32,000 nucleotides of DNA from Bacillus subtilis subsp. subtilis str. 168 (GTDB lineage: Bacteria > Bacillota > Bacilli > Bacillales > Bacillaceae), in assembly GCF_000009045.1 (NCBI RefSeq), contig NC_000964.3, positions 2,310,001-2,342,000 of the forward strand, in the 5' to 3' direction. Of the stretch, positions 6,956 through 17,487 are shown in pieces. The notes under the pieces were generated by a model that saw nothing but the letters and a program-made list of their open reading frames with translations, was not told where the DNA came from and did no database searches. The translations under genes were made by a program, and so were the position numbers. The stretch's first letter is position 1. Each line of letters opens with the position of its first letter.

Positions 6956-8053
6956 TCAGGCCCCCTTTTCCCAGCTGAATAATAGCAACTCTGATGAGAA
7001 ACCCGGCCCTAATGCGCCAATCAGTCCTCGTTCAGCTTCCTTTTTATGTCCGTTCTGCAGATGGTCTTTGATCACATACAAGATTGTGGCTGAAGACATA
7101 TTTCCGTGCTTTTGCAAAATGCTTTGCGCAGATGAAAGCTTTTCTGACGACAGCCCGAGACTTTTGATGTATGCATCGATCACTTTTTTTCCGCCTGGAT
7201 GCGCCAAAAAAACACTGATATCATGGAATGACAGCTTATGTTTGTCCAAAAAAATCTGTACATTTGTTTTGAGCCATTTTTCCACCAAGGTCGGAATGTC
7301 TCGTGAGAAAATGACTTTGAATCCTTGATCGGTAAAGTCCCAGCCCATGACATCTTCTGATTGTTTCATCAAAACAGATTGGGCGTCCATTATCTTCGGC
7401 GCAAGCTTCAGCTTTGACACCCTGCGGTCCGCCTTCTCTCCGCATAATAAAGCTGCGGCAATGCCGTCACCAAAAAGCGAGGTGCCGATCAGATTGCTTT
7501 TTGTTTTATCTTCCGGCTGGAATGTCAGGCTGCACAGCTCGGCAGAAATGACAAGCACAAAAGCCTCAGGATACGCTTTGCAGTATTCGGCTGCACGCGC
7601 AAGTCCGCTGGCTCCTCCTGCACAGCCAAGCCCCCAAATCGGAATCCGCTTCGTATATGGAGAAAACGGAAGTTCATTCATAAGCCGCGCCTCGATACTC
7701 GGTGTGGAAAGACCTGTACTGGAGACGAAAAAAACAGCTTCCACTTTCTCATAAGGAATGGCTTCTTGAAAAAATTCCGGATGAGAGAGGCACTCACGAA
7801 CAGCCGCTCTGCTGTGTTTAAGTGTTTCTTCTATGTATATTTGATTTTTTTCTTCAAAGCTGTGCCCCTCTTTATACCATTCAATCGGCTTAACAAACTG
7901 TCTCGAATGGATTTGCCCGTTTTTAAAGGAGGATAACAGCCTGTCAATATCCTTAAAAGAATGCTGAAACATATAGCGGGCGAACTCGGCCGCTTTCTCT
8001 TGGTTTACATTATACGCAGGAAGACTTGTTCCAATGGATAAAATAAACGCCAT
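6956..8053 (-). CDS. bpsA: Type III polyketide synthase (chalcone synthase-like), 365 aa
   Basis: The start is re-called to ATG 8053 (MAFILSIGTS…), which has the strong RBS AAAGAGGTGATCGC. The catalytic Cys context is GLGCAGGASGL, and HPGG and GPGF motifs are present. Formerly bcsA. Confidence 0.9.
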   Translation of the reverse strand: MAFILSIGTSLPAYNVNQEKAAEFARYMFQHSFKDIDRLLSSFKNGQIHSRQFVKPIEWYKEGHSFEEKNQIYIEETLKHSRAAVRECLSHPEFFQEAIPYEKVEAVFFVSSTGLSTPSIEARLMNELPFSPYTKRIPIWGLGCAGGASGLARAAEYCKAYPEAFVLVISAELCSLTFQPEDKTKSNLIGTSLFGDGIAAALLCGEKADRRVSKLKLAPKIMDAQSVLMKQSEDVMGWDFTDQGFKVIFSRDIPTLVEKWLKTNVQIFLDKHKLSFHDISVFLAHPGGKKVIDAYIKSLGLSSEKLSSAQSILQKHGNMSSATILYVIKDHLQNGHKKEAERGLIGALGPGFSSELLLFSWEKGA

Positions 8054-8102
8054 GCGATCACCTCTTTGCATACATTGTGCCGCAACAATCTTTTTTATAT
8101 GC

Positions 8103-8126
8103 AAAAAAAACTCCGCCGCGGCGGAG
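8103..8126 (-). terminator. Terminator of the xpt-pbuX operon
   Basis: Palindrome CTCCGCC-GC-GGCGGAG (8111-8126) lies directly after the pbuX stop, followed on the minus strand by a run of 8 T. Confidence 0.85.
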
Positions 8127-10196
<2,070 letters not shown>

Positions 10197-10255
10197 TTCC
10201 TATTATATTGTAATAAATTATATCAAGATTCTAATCTCTTGCATAGGCTGAAAAT

Positions 10256-10306
10256 AAAAATTCCCGAACTTTAATTTTGTTTTTTTAGATATCATTCGTA
10301 TTTCAA
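10256..10306. promoter_or_regulatory. Candidate PurR operator (inverted PurBox pair) upstream of the xpt promoter
   Basis: ATTCCCGAACTTT on the plus strand and AAATACGAATGAT on the minus strand. Both resemble the PurBox AWWWCCGAACWWT: one strong and one weak box in inverted orientation. Confidence 0.45.
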
Positions 10307-10319
10307 GGGGATTCGATAT

Positions 10320-10349
10320 AAAAGAGTCTGACGACCGCGCCGCCAGGCT
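10320..10349 (-). terminator. Probable terminator after ypwA
   Basis: Minus strand: CTGGCG-gcgcggt-CGTCAG (one G-U pair), extended by flanking pairs and followed by CTCTTTTATAT. Confidence 0.45.
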
Positions 10350-10354
10350 TTTGA

Positions 10355-11860
10355 TTATAACAGATAGAGATTTGAATATTTGTTTGATAAATAATCAATT
10401 AAATAGCGAACATTCAGCTCTTCTCCTGTTGCATCTTTAATAATGTCTAACGGCTTTTTCCGTTTTCCGTGAATGTGCACCTTTTCCGTCAGCCATTGCT
10501 TTATCGGATGGAACTCTCCTCTTTCCAAGAGAGCGTCAAATTCAGGGAGATCCTCAAGCATTTTTTGTTTCAGCTGAGCCGCATACATGTAGCCGAGCGC
10601 ATAGGATGGGAAGTAGCCGAAATCTCCACCTGCCCAATGGACGTCCTGTAAAATCCCCTCTGCGTCGGTCTGCGGTGTAATCCCTAAATAATCCTGGTAT
10701 TTTTGATTCCAAAGCGACGGCAGATCTTCCACAGACACTTCATTGCTGAAAATCGCTTTTTCAATTTCATAACGGATGATGATATGAAGAGGATACGTCA
10801 ATTCATCCGCTTCGACCCTGATAAATGAAGGTTTTGATTCATTGATTGCCCGGACAAAATCATCCAGGGAGATGTCCTTGAACTGTACAGGTGATGCCTC
10901 TTGAATCTTCTTATAGTACGGAGTCCAAAAATGCTTGTTGCGGCCGATAAAATTCTCGTAAAATAATGATTGCGATTCATGAATTCCCATCGATGCGCCG
11001 TCTGACAAGTTCGTGCCACTGAGTGCTTCATCAATATTTTGCTCGTAAATCGCGTGCCCGCACTCATGAATGGTCCCAAAGATCGCCGTCCGGAAATCTT
11101 TTTCATCATATCTCGTCGTGACCCGAACGTCTCCCCGATTCAGCGTAGTTGCAAACGGATGAACGGTTTCATCAAGTCTTCCGCCATCAAAATCGTAGCC
11201 AAGCTCCTGTAAAAAATACAGACTGAGCTCTTTTTGCTTTTCTTTCGGGAACGCTTTTGTAATAAAGCTTGTATCTGGTTTATTTCCGGAAGCTGTCACC
11301 TGTTTAACAAGAGGGATAATCGCTTCCTTCAGCTCAGCAAACAACTGATCAAGCACCTTTACCGTGACGCCGGGCTCAAACAAATCAAGCAATGCATCAT
11401 AAGGATGCTCTTGATATCCCCAATACGTAATAAAACGTTTATTGAATTCAATCAGCTGTTCTAAATAAGGAGAAAACAAGCTGAAATCAGATTTTCCTTT
11501 CGCTTCCTCCCACGCTGTTTCTGCCTTTGAACACAGAATCACGTATTCTTTGTATTCAGCCTCAGGGATTTTCTTATTCTCTTCATACTCTTTTTTCGCC
11601 AGTTCCACTGCTTTTTTCGTATCTTCCGACAAGTCATCAAATCGTTCATACAGGACATCGATAAGCTCCTTCATTCGATCTGATGTTTGGATATTGAATA
11701 TATCTGTTGAAAGCTGGCCGATACTTTCGGCACGATCCTCTGAGCCATTTTTCGGCGCGCCTGTTCTGGAGTCCCAGTGCATTAACGCAACTGCTTCGCT
11801 GTAATGTGAGATTCTTTTTAAAAGATCAAAAAATTCTTTTTCATATGTATGTATCTCCAT
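10355..11860 (-). CDS. ypwA: Carboxypeptidase Taq-like metallopeptidase (M32 family)
   Basis: HECGHAIY (HEXXH) plus the M32 signatures HPF, HESQS, IRVEADE and QDVHWAGG. I prefer the second ATG (11860, MEIHTY…) because of its spacing from GGGAGGGA. Confidence 0.9.
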   Translation of the reverse strand: MEIHTYEKEFFDLLKRISHYSEAVALMHWDSRTGAPKNGSEDRAESIGQLSTDIFNIQTSDRMKELIDVLYERFDDLSEDTKKAVELAKKEYEENKKIPEAEYKEYVILCSKAETAWEEAKGKSDFSLFSPYLEQLIEFNKRFITYWGYQEHPYDALLDLFEPGVTVKVLDQLFAELKEAIIPLVKQVTASGNKPDTSFITKAFPKEKQKELSLYFLQELGYDFDGGRLDETVHPFATTLNRGDVRVTTRYDEKDFRTAIFGTIHECGHAIYEQNIDEALSGTNLSDGASMGIHESQSLFYENFIGRNKHFWTPYYKKIQEASPVQFKDISLDDFVRAINESKPSFIRVEADELTYPLHIIIRYEIEKAIFSNEVSVEDLPSLWNQKYQDYLGITPQTDAEGILQDVHWAGGDFGYFPSYALGYMYAAQLKQKMLEDLPEFDALLERGEFHPIKQWLTEKVHIHGKRKKPLDIIKDATGEELNVRYLIDYLSNKYSNLYLL

Positions 11861-11934
11861 ATCCATTCCCTCCCTATTCTAGCCGTTCCATTACAGGCTA
11901 ATGGAAGGGGGTATGAAAGTCAAATTGTTTGTAT

Positions 11935-11969
11935 AAAAGGCTGCCGGTATGTTTTGTGGCAGCCTTTTT
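11935..11969. terminator. Hairpin terminator after kdgT
   Basis: AAAAGGCTGCC-(12 nt)-GGCAGCCTTTTT, flanked by A- and T-runs, 2 nt beyond the kdgT stop. Confidence 0.7.
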
Positions 11970-11971
11970 AT

Positions 11972-12964
11972 TCAGTTGATCGTCATTTGATTTTTTGGCG
12001 GAGGTGTTCTCCGCTTTTTCTGCTTGATTTTTTTATCTACCCACACTGTTGCCAGCGGGGTTAAGAGCGAGGTGACAATAACGCTTGTCGCGATAATTGC
12101 AGTTGCCGACTCAGCAACTGGCGCAAATGAGGCATTCGCTTCCGCTAATGCATATGGCACGGCTACAGCCGCCCCTGCCGTAGAAGAAGCGGCCACTCCC
12201 GCGACACCATCTCCCCGCGCAATAAAACGATCAAGCAAAAACAAAGAACTGCCCGATAAAATGACGACAGAAACTCCGATAAAAATGCCGAGCAGCCCTG
12301 ATTGGATCAGCATTCCAAAATTCAAGGTATTGCCGAGCGAAAAGGCGAAAAATGGAATGATCGCCGGCACAACCTTGCTGAATAAGTCTCTGAGATCATG
12401 ATCCAGATTTCCAAGTATACATCCAAGTAAAAACGGGATGACTGTCGCTGCCAGCGTTTCCCATGGGAATGCGGCAAGTCCCGTCACACCAAACGTCACC
12501 ATGGTCATAAAAGGACCAGATTCTGTACTGATAAAGGCGAAAGCGCCCGCATCCTCTTTTCTTCCCATGTGATTCATGAGCGCCAAATACAGTCCGCCGT
12601 TCGTTTCATTCATTACCGCGACAATTGCTAAAACAGAAAGGCCTGCAAAAAAGCCGGATTGTATGCCATCGTCAGGTATAAATTGCGCTGCGATCACGCC
12701 GAGCAGCGCCGCAAATCCGATCTTCCCCAATAATAACGTGATTCCTTTTCTTGCGATATAGCCTGAAGAACGAAAATCAATCGTTGCTCCTACGCAAAAG
12801 ATAAAAACACCCAGTATCGGCAGCGTTCCGGTAATCAAAGCACCCGTAAACCCTCCAAAGAACTCCGCTGTTCCAGGCGCAAACGTGTTGAGCGCCGCTC
12901 CAAGAAATAGCGGAATAATCATCATTCCGCCAGGTACCCGTTCAATTGTCGCCTTGATTTTCAT
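11972..12964 (-). CDS. kdgT: 2-keto-3-deoxygluconate permease
   Basis: 330 aa polytopic membrane protein with KdgT-family sequence. Last gene of the kdgRKAT cluster. Confidence 0.9.
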   Translation of the reverse strand: MKIKATIERVPGGMMIIPLFLGAALNTFAPGTAEFFGGFTGALITGTLPILGVFIFCVGATIDFRSSGYIARKGITLLLGKIGFAALLGVIAAQFIPDDGIQSGFFAGLSVLAIVAVMNETNGGLYLALMNHMGRKEDAGAFAFISTESGPFMTMVTFGVTGLAAFPWETLAATVIPFLLGCILGNLDHDLRDLFSKVVPAIIPFFAFSLGNTLNFGMLIQSGLLGIFIGVSVVILSGSSLFLLDRFIARGDGVAGVAASSTAGAAVAVPYALAEANASFAPVAESATAIIATSVIVTSLLTPLATVWVDKKIKQKKRRTPPPKNQMTIN

Positions 12965-13008
12965 ATTGTGGATTCTCCCATCCTCCGGTTATGAAAAAAC
13001 AATTCCAC

Positions 13009-13599
13009 TTACACTTGGAAAACAGCCTGCAAATCCTCTTTTGAACAGCTGCCCAACTGGCTGCCGACTCCGACGGCGCCAGCTCCGGCTCTAAGCCAAT
13101 CAGGCACTTCAGACGGATGTATCCCGCCTGTCGGAATAAAGGTCACCTGCGGGAAAGGACCCGCTAAATTTTTCATAAACGGAATGCCAAACACACCGCT
13201 TGGGAACAGCTTTAATGTCGTAAAACCGAATGTCAGCGCTTCCATAATTTCGCTCGGAGTCAAGACGCCGGGGATATAATGTGTCTTTACAAAAGATAGA
13301 TGTTCAGCAAGATCAGCTGAAAAACCCGGACTGACAATAAACTGCGCGCCAGCCTTAGCAGCTTCCCCAGCTTGCTGCGCGCTGATGACCGTACCCGCGC
13401 CAATTAAAATATCTTCCCTATTACGGAAGGATTCGATAATATCTGATGCCCCGGGGGTCGTATACGTCACTTCAACTGCACGAATCCCTTTATCTAATAA
13501 ACTCTCAATCTGCTGACAGGCCTCCTGCTTATCCTTTGAACGAATGACTGCAATCAGCTTTGCTTCTTTCAGACGGTTTTCAACGACTTTGGACTCCAT
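13009..13599 (-). CDS. kdgA: 2-dehydro-3-deoxyphosphogluconate (KDPG) aldolase
   Basis: 196 aa, Eda-family TIM barrel (…GAGTV…, FIVSPG, KLFP). Confidence 0.9.
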
Positions 13600-13600
13600 A

Positions 13601-14575
13601 TTAATAATCCCCTTTCTTTTGGTGAACCGTTCTTTGAGCAGATAAAAAAGAAGCTAATTTCTCCCTGGTCGGCAAACCGTCCATATCCCCCGGTGCCTGC
13701 ACTTGCAAAGCGCCAATCGCATTTCCCCTTTGCACCGCATCCTTGTACGACAAACCGTCTAGGATACCGCTGATTACACCGACTGCAAATCCGTCTCCGG
13801 CGCCGACCGTATCAACCACCCGGTCGACCCGGCAGCCTTCTAGAAATCCTTCACTTGTCCCCGTTTTAAAGTAAGCGCCTTCTTTTCCAAGTTTAATAGC
13901 AACAAAGCTGGCACCTTTTTTCAAATAATAGTCGGCAATGCCTTCAGGTGTTTTTTCTCCGGTCAATAGCTCTCCCTCTGCGATACCCGGGAAAAACCAG
14001 TCTGCAAGCCCAGCCAGATCATTGATTGTGTGTACCATTGTTGCTTGATCAGGCCAAAGCGAAGGTCTTACATTAGGGTCGAATGAAATGGTCTTCCCTG
14101 CGTTTCTCATGTCGTTCATGACATGATACGTGAAGTCTTTCATCTCGGCTGATAAAGCAGGCGGAATACCTGTCACATGCAAATGGCCTGCGCATTGAAA
14201 ATAATCTCTCGGATATTCAGCTGTAGTTAATGTGCTTGCAGCTGAGTTTTTCCTATAGTAGGTAACTTGCGGGTCGCCTTCTTTCACTTTTGACTTCAGC
14301 AGCAGCCCGGTGGGATTTTCGTCCTGCGAGCGGATCACGCGGGACACATCCACTCCCTCTTTTTTAAGCTCTTGTAAAATAAACGTTCCGAGCTGATCAT
14401 TGCCGACCTTGCTCATCCATCCCATTCGAAATCCGAGTCTGGCAAGGCCGCAGGCGACATTGCTTTCTGCTCCGGCAAGCCCTTTAGAAAAAGTGGATAC
14501 TTCATGAAGGCCTCCATACTCATTTGCATAAAACATGGCCATTGATTCCCCGAATGTCACCGCATCAAGCTTCAT
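13601..14575 (-). CDS. kdgK: 2-dehydro-3-deoxygluconokinase (PfkB family)
   Basis: 324 aa with the PfkB motifs GGAESNVA and DTVGAGDGF. There is a 1-nt gap to kdgA. Confidence 0.9.
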
Positions 14576-14612
14576 CTCTTCCCAACCTCCTCTTAGTTGA
14601 GGGCACCTAGGA

Positions 14613-15632
14613 TTAAAGTGACTTTCTCATGATGACTTTTGCCTCTAATTCAATGGTTTGAGGCGCTCCTTTGTCACCTTCAATCCTTTTTAATACACGT
14701 TCCATCGCCGTCCTGCCCATATCATGTGACGGCTGGGCGATCGTTGTAATGCCTGGACCGATCAGTTTGTACCACTCCGTATCATCGAATCCTGCAATCC
14801 CTATATCTTGAGGGATGCGCAGGCCAAGCTCTTCCATACAGCTGATGATTTTCAGCATAATCAAGCCATTCAAAGCCAGAATCGCTTTTTTTTGCTCCGG
14901 CATTTCCTTGTGAAAAGAACGAAGCTCCGCCTTAAGCTGCTCCTTGTCCTTTACGTCAATTTCATGCAATCTGACAAGCCCGTTCACATTTTGAACCGAA
15001 GCCATTTCCTGATACACAGCTGCTCTTTCTGCACGAGGGCTGATAGAGGAAATCGGTTCGGTAAACAGCGCGACATCAGTATACCCTTTGCTGTACACCT
15101 TCTGAAGAATCTCTTTTGTGATCCATCTGTTGTCAGTCGTTACGGTATCCAGTTTCAGATCCGGCAGTTTCCGGTCAATTAAGATTGTTGGAATTTGCTG
15201 TTCAGCAAAAGCGCGGAGTACATCCTTGTTTTCCCCTGTTGCGTTTAAAATCAAGCCCTCAACCGAATGGGCTTCTAGCTTTAAGAGCATTTCCCGCTCT
15301 TTTTCAGGACTGTTATCTGTGTTGCACACCATAATGCTGTATCCATATTGATCACAAACCTCTTCGACTCCCCTGAAAGCAGCGACCGAAAAAGGATTTG
15401 TAATGTCAGCCACAACAAATCCGATTAACTTGCTTTTTTTTATTTTCAAACCTTGTGCCATTTTACTCGGCCGATAATTCAATTCTGCGATTGCCTTTTT
15501 AATGTTTTTCACTTTTTCAGGAGAAATCGCGTCAATTTTTCCGTTAATATAGCGGGAAACTGTCGATTTCGAAACTCCTGCACATTCAGCTACGTCTTTG
15601 ATGGTTGTATGGCCTGTTGTTTTCTTTTTCAT
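14613..15632 (-). CDS. kdgR: LacI-family transcriptional repressor of the kdg/kdu genes
   Basis: 339 aa with an N-terminal HTH (TIKDVAECAGVSKSTVSRYING) and a periplasmic-binding-protein-like core. RBS ACAGGAG. Confidence 0.9.
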   Translation of the reverse strand: MKKKTTGHTTIKDVAECAGVSKSTVSRYINGKIDAISPEKVKNIKKAIAELNYRPSKMAQGLKIKKSKLIGFVVADITNPFSVAAFRGVEEVCDQYGYSIMVCNTDNSPEKEREMLLKLEAHSVEGLILNATGENKDVLRAFAEQQIPTILIDRKLPDLKLDTVTTDNRWITKEILQKVYSKGYTDVALFTEPISSISPRAERAAVYQEMASVQNVNGLVRLHEIDVKDKEQLKAELRSFHKEMPEQKKAILALNGLIMLKIISCMEELGLRIPQDIGIAGFDDTEWYKLIGPGITTIAQPSHDMGRTAMERVLKRIEGDKGAPQTIELEAKVIMRKSL

Positions 15633-15657
15633 TCAAGTGCTCCTGTATCTCATATAT

Positions 15658-15684
15658 TTGAAACCGATTTCAAAACCGTTACAA
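15658..15684. promoter_or_regulatory. LacI-type operator / cre-like palindrome plus adjacent half-site, in the kdgR leader
   Basis: TTGAAACCGATTTCAA (15658-15673). Its core TGAAACCGATTTCA fits the cre consensus TGWAANCGNTNWCA. It is followed by AAACCGTTACAA. Confidence 0.5.
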
Positions 15685-15754
15685 CAAAAGAATACCATAA
15701 TTTTAAAATTTGGGAAGAGTTTTTTTAATAATATGTCAATTCATTATTTTTTCG

Positions 15755-15783
15755 TTGACTCTTTTCACTATTTATCCTAAAAT
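15755..15783 (+). promoter_or_regulatory. Sigma-A promoter of kduI-kduD
   Basis: TTGACT (15755-15760), a 17-nt spacer, then TAAAAT (15778-15783). Confidence 0.6.
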
Positions 15784-15787
15784 TTTC

Positions 15788-15805
15788 TTTGAAACCGTTA
15801 CCAAA
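15788..15805. promoter_or_regulatory. Operator just downstream of the kduI -10 (probable KdgR site)
   Basis: TTTGAAACCGTTACCAAA shares the AAACCG(T/A)T core with the sites at 15658-15684. Confidence 0.5.
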
Positions 15806-15853
15806 ATATTTTCATTCAAGTGATGCTGAAATCCTAACCAAGGGGGAAATATA

Positions 15854-16681
15854 ATGGAAAATCGTTATTCTGTACATCCTGAACAAGTAAAACGCTTTAC
15901 AACAGAGGAGCTTCGCAGTCATTTCTTAATGGATTCTTTATTTACAGAAAACAAACTTACGATGTATTACTCACATGAAGACCGGGTTGTCATCGGCGGA
16001 GCGGCTCCAGGGCAAAGTGAACTGAAGCTTGATGCAGGTGATTTTCTAAAAACAGACTTCTTTTTGGAACGGCGTGAAATCGGGATTATTAATGTCGGCC
16101 AGCCTGGTGCCGTTAGAGTCGGCGATGATGAATATGTGCTTCAAACAAAGGATTTTCTCTATATTGGAATGGGCAATCAGGATGTATCGTTTTCAAGCCT
16201 GAACGGGGAAAAAGCGAAGTTTTACTTCGTCTCCGCTTGCGCCCACAAAAGCTATCCGACACAAAAAGCCGCCCTATCTGAACTGACACCGGACCGCCTT
16301 GGTGATGATGCAGCGTCTAATGTCAGAAGTCTGTACAAAGTCATTCATCAGGATGGCATTAAAAGCTGTCAGCTGATGATGGGAATAACGATGTTAGATC
16401 AAAACAACAACTGGAATACCATGCCAGCACACGTTCATGACCGTCGGATGGAGGCTTATCTTTATCTGGATCTTGAAAAGGACTCAAAGGTATTTCATTT
16501 CATGGGCCAGCCGGACGAAACACGCCATCTTGTTGTTGGAAATGAGCAGGCTGTCCTTTCTCCCGCTTGGTCTATTCATTCTGGCGCAGGAACATCAAAC
16601 TATAGCTTTGTGTGGGCGATGGCTGGAGAAAATTACACATTTACGGACATGGATCTCATTCCAATGGATGGGCTGAAATAA
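15854..16681 (+). CDS. kduI: 5-dehydro-4-deoxy-D-glucuronate isomerase
   Basis: 275 aa, KduI cupin family. RBS AAGGGGGAAATATA precedes the ATG. Confidence 0.9.
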   Translation: MENRYSVHPEQVKRFTTEELRSHFLMDSLFTENKLTMYYSHEDRVVIGGAAPGQSELKLDAGDFLKTDFFLERREIGIINVGQPGAVRVGDDEYVLQTKDFLYIGMGNQDVSFSSLNGEKAKFYFVSACAHKSYPTQKAALSELTPDRLGDDAASNVRSLYKVIHQDGIKSCQLMMGITMLDQNNNWNTMPAHVHDRRMEAYLYLDLEKDSKVFHFMGQPDETRHLVVGNEQAVLSPAWSIHSGAGTSNYSFVWAMAGENYTFTDMDLIPMDGLK

Positions 16682-16682
16682 G

Positions 16683-17447
16683 ATGGGTTATCTACATGAC
16701 GCCTTTTCATTAAAAGGAAAAACAGCGCTGGTGACAGGCCCGGGAACAGGGATCGGTCAAGGAATAGCCAAAGCCCTAGCCGGGGCTGGCGCTGATATTA
16801 TCGGCACATCACATACAAGCAGTCTGTCTGAAACACAGCAGCTTGTGGAACAGGAAGGCCGGATATTTACATCTTTTACATTGGACATGAGCAAGCCGGA
16901 AGCGATAAAGGATTCTGCAGCTGAGCTGTTTGAAAACAGGCAGATCGACATCCTTGTCAATAATGCCGGCATTATTCATCGGGAAAAAGCGGAAGATTTT
17001 CCAGAAGAGAACTGGCAGCACGTACTGAATGTCAATCTAAACAGCCTGTTTATTCTGACACAGCTTGCTGGCAGGCACATGCTGAAAAGAGGTCATGGAA
17101 AGATTATTAATATTGCCTCTCTCCTGTCTTTTCAAGGCGGCATCCTCGTTCCGGCTTACACCGCGAGCAAACACGCTGTTGCCGGTTTGACAAAATCATT
17201 TGCAAATGAGTGGGCAGCGTCAGGTATTCAGGTCAACGCAATCGCCCCAGGCTATATTTCTACTGCGAATACAAAGCCTATTCGGGATGACGAAAAGCGA
17301 AATGAGGACATTTTAAAGAGAATTCCTGCCGGCCGCTGGGGCCAAGCGGATGATATCGGGGGGACTGCAGTCTTTTTGGCATCACGTGCTTCAGATTATG
17401 TAAATGGACATATTTTAGCAGTTGATGGCGGCTGGCTATCCCGCTGA
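16683..17447 (+). CDS. kduD: 2-dehydro-3-deoxy-D-gluconate 5-dehydrogenase (SDR family)
   Basis: 254 aa with TGPGTGIGQG (NAD-binding site) and YTASKHA (catalytic YxxxK). Confidence 0.9.
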   Translation: MGYLHDAFSLKGKTALVTGPGTGIGQGIAKALAGAGADIIGTSHTSSLSETQQLVEQEGRIFTSFTLDMSKPEAIKDSAAELFENRQIDILVNNAGIIHREKAEDFPEENWQHVLNVNLNSLFILTQLAGRHMLKRGHGKIINIASLLSFQGGILVPAYTASKHAVAGLTKSFANEWAASGIQVNAIAPGYISTANTKPIRDDEKRNEDILKRIPAGRWGQADDIGGTAVFLASRASDYVNGHILAVDGGWLSR

Positions 17448-17453
17448 CAAATA

Positions 17454-17484
17454 AAAAAGCTGACGAACGATCGTCAGCTTTTTT
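17454..17484. terminator. Bidirectional terminator between kduD and ypvA
   Basis: AAAAAAGCTGACGA-acga-TCGTCAGCTTTTTT. Confidence 0.85.
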
Positions 17485-17487
17485 CCA

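Noticed and set aside
10798-11109. 103-aa minus-strand ORF inside ypwA, in another frame
   Set aside because: It lies fully inside the motif-bearing M32 peptidase frame and has no independent signals.
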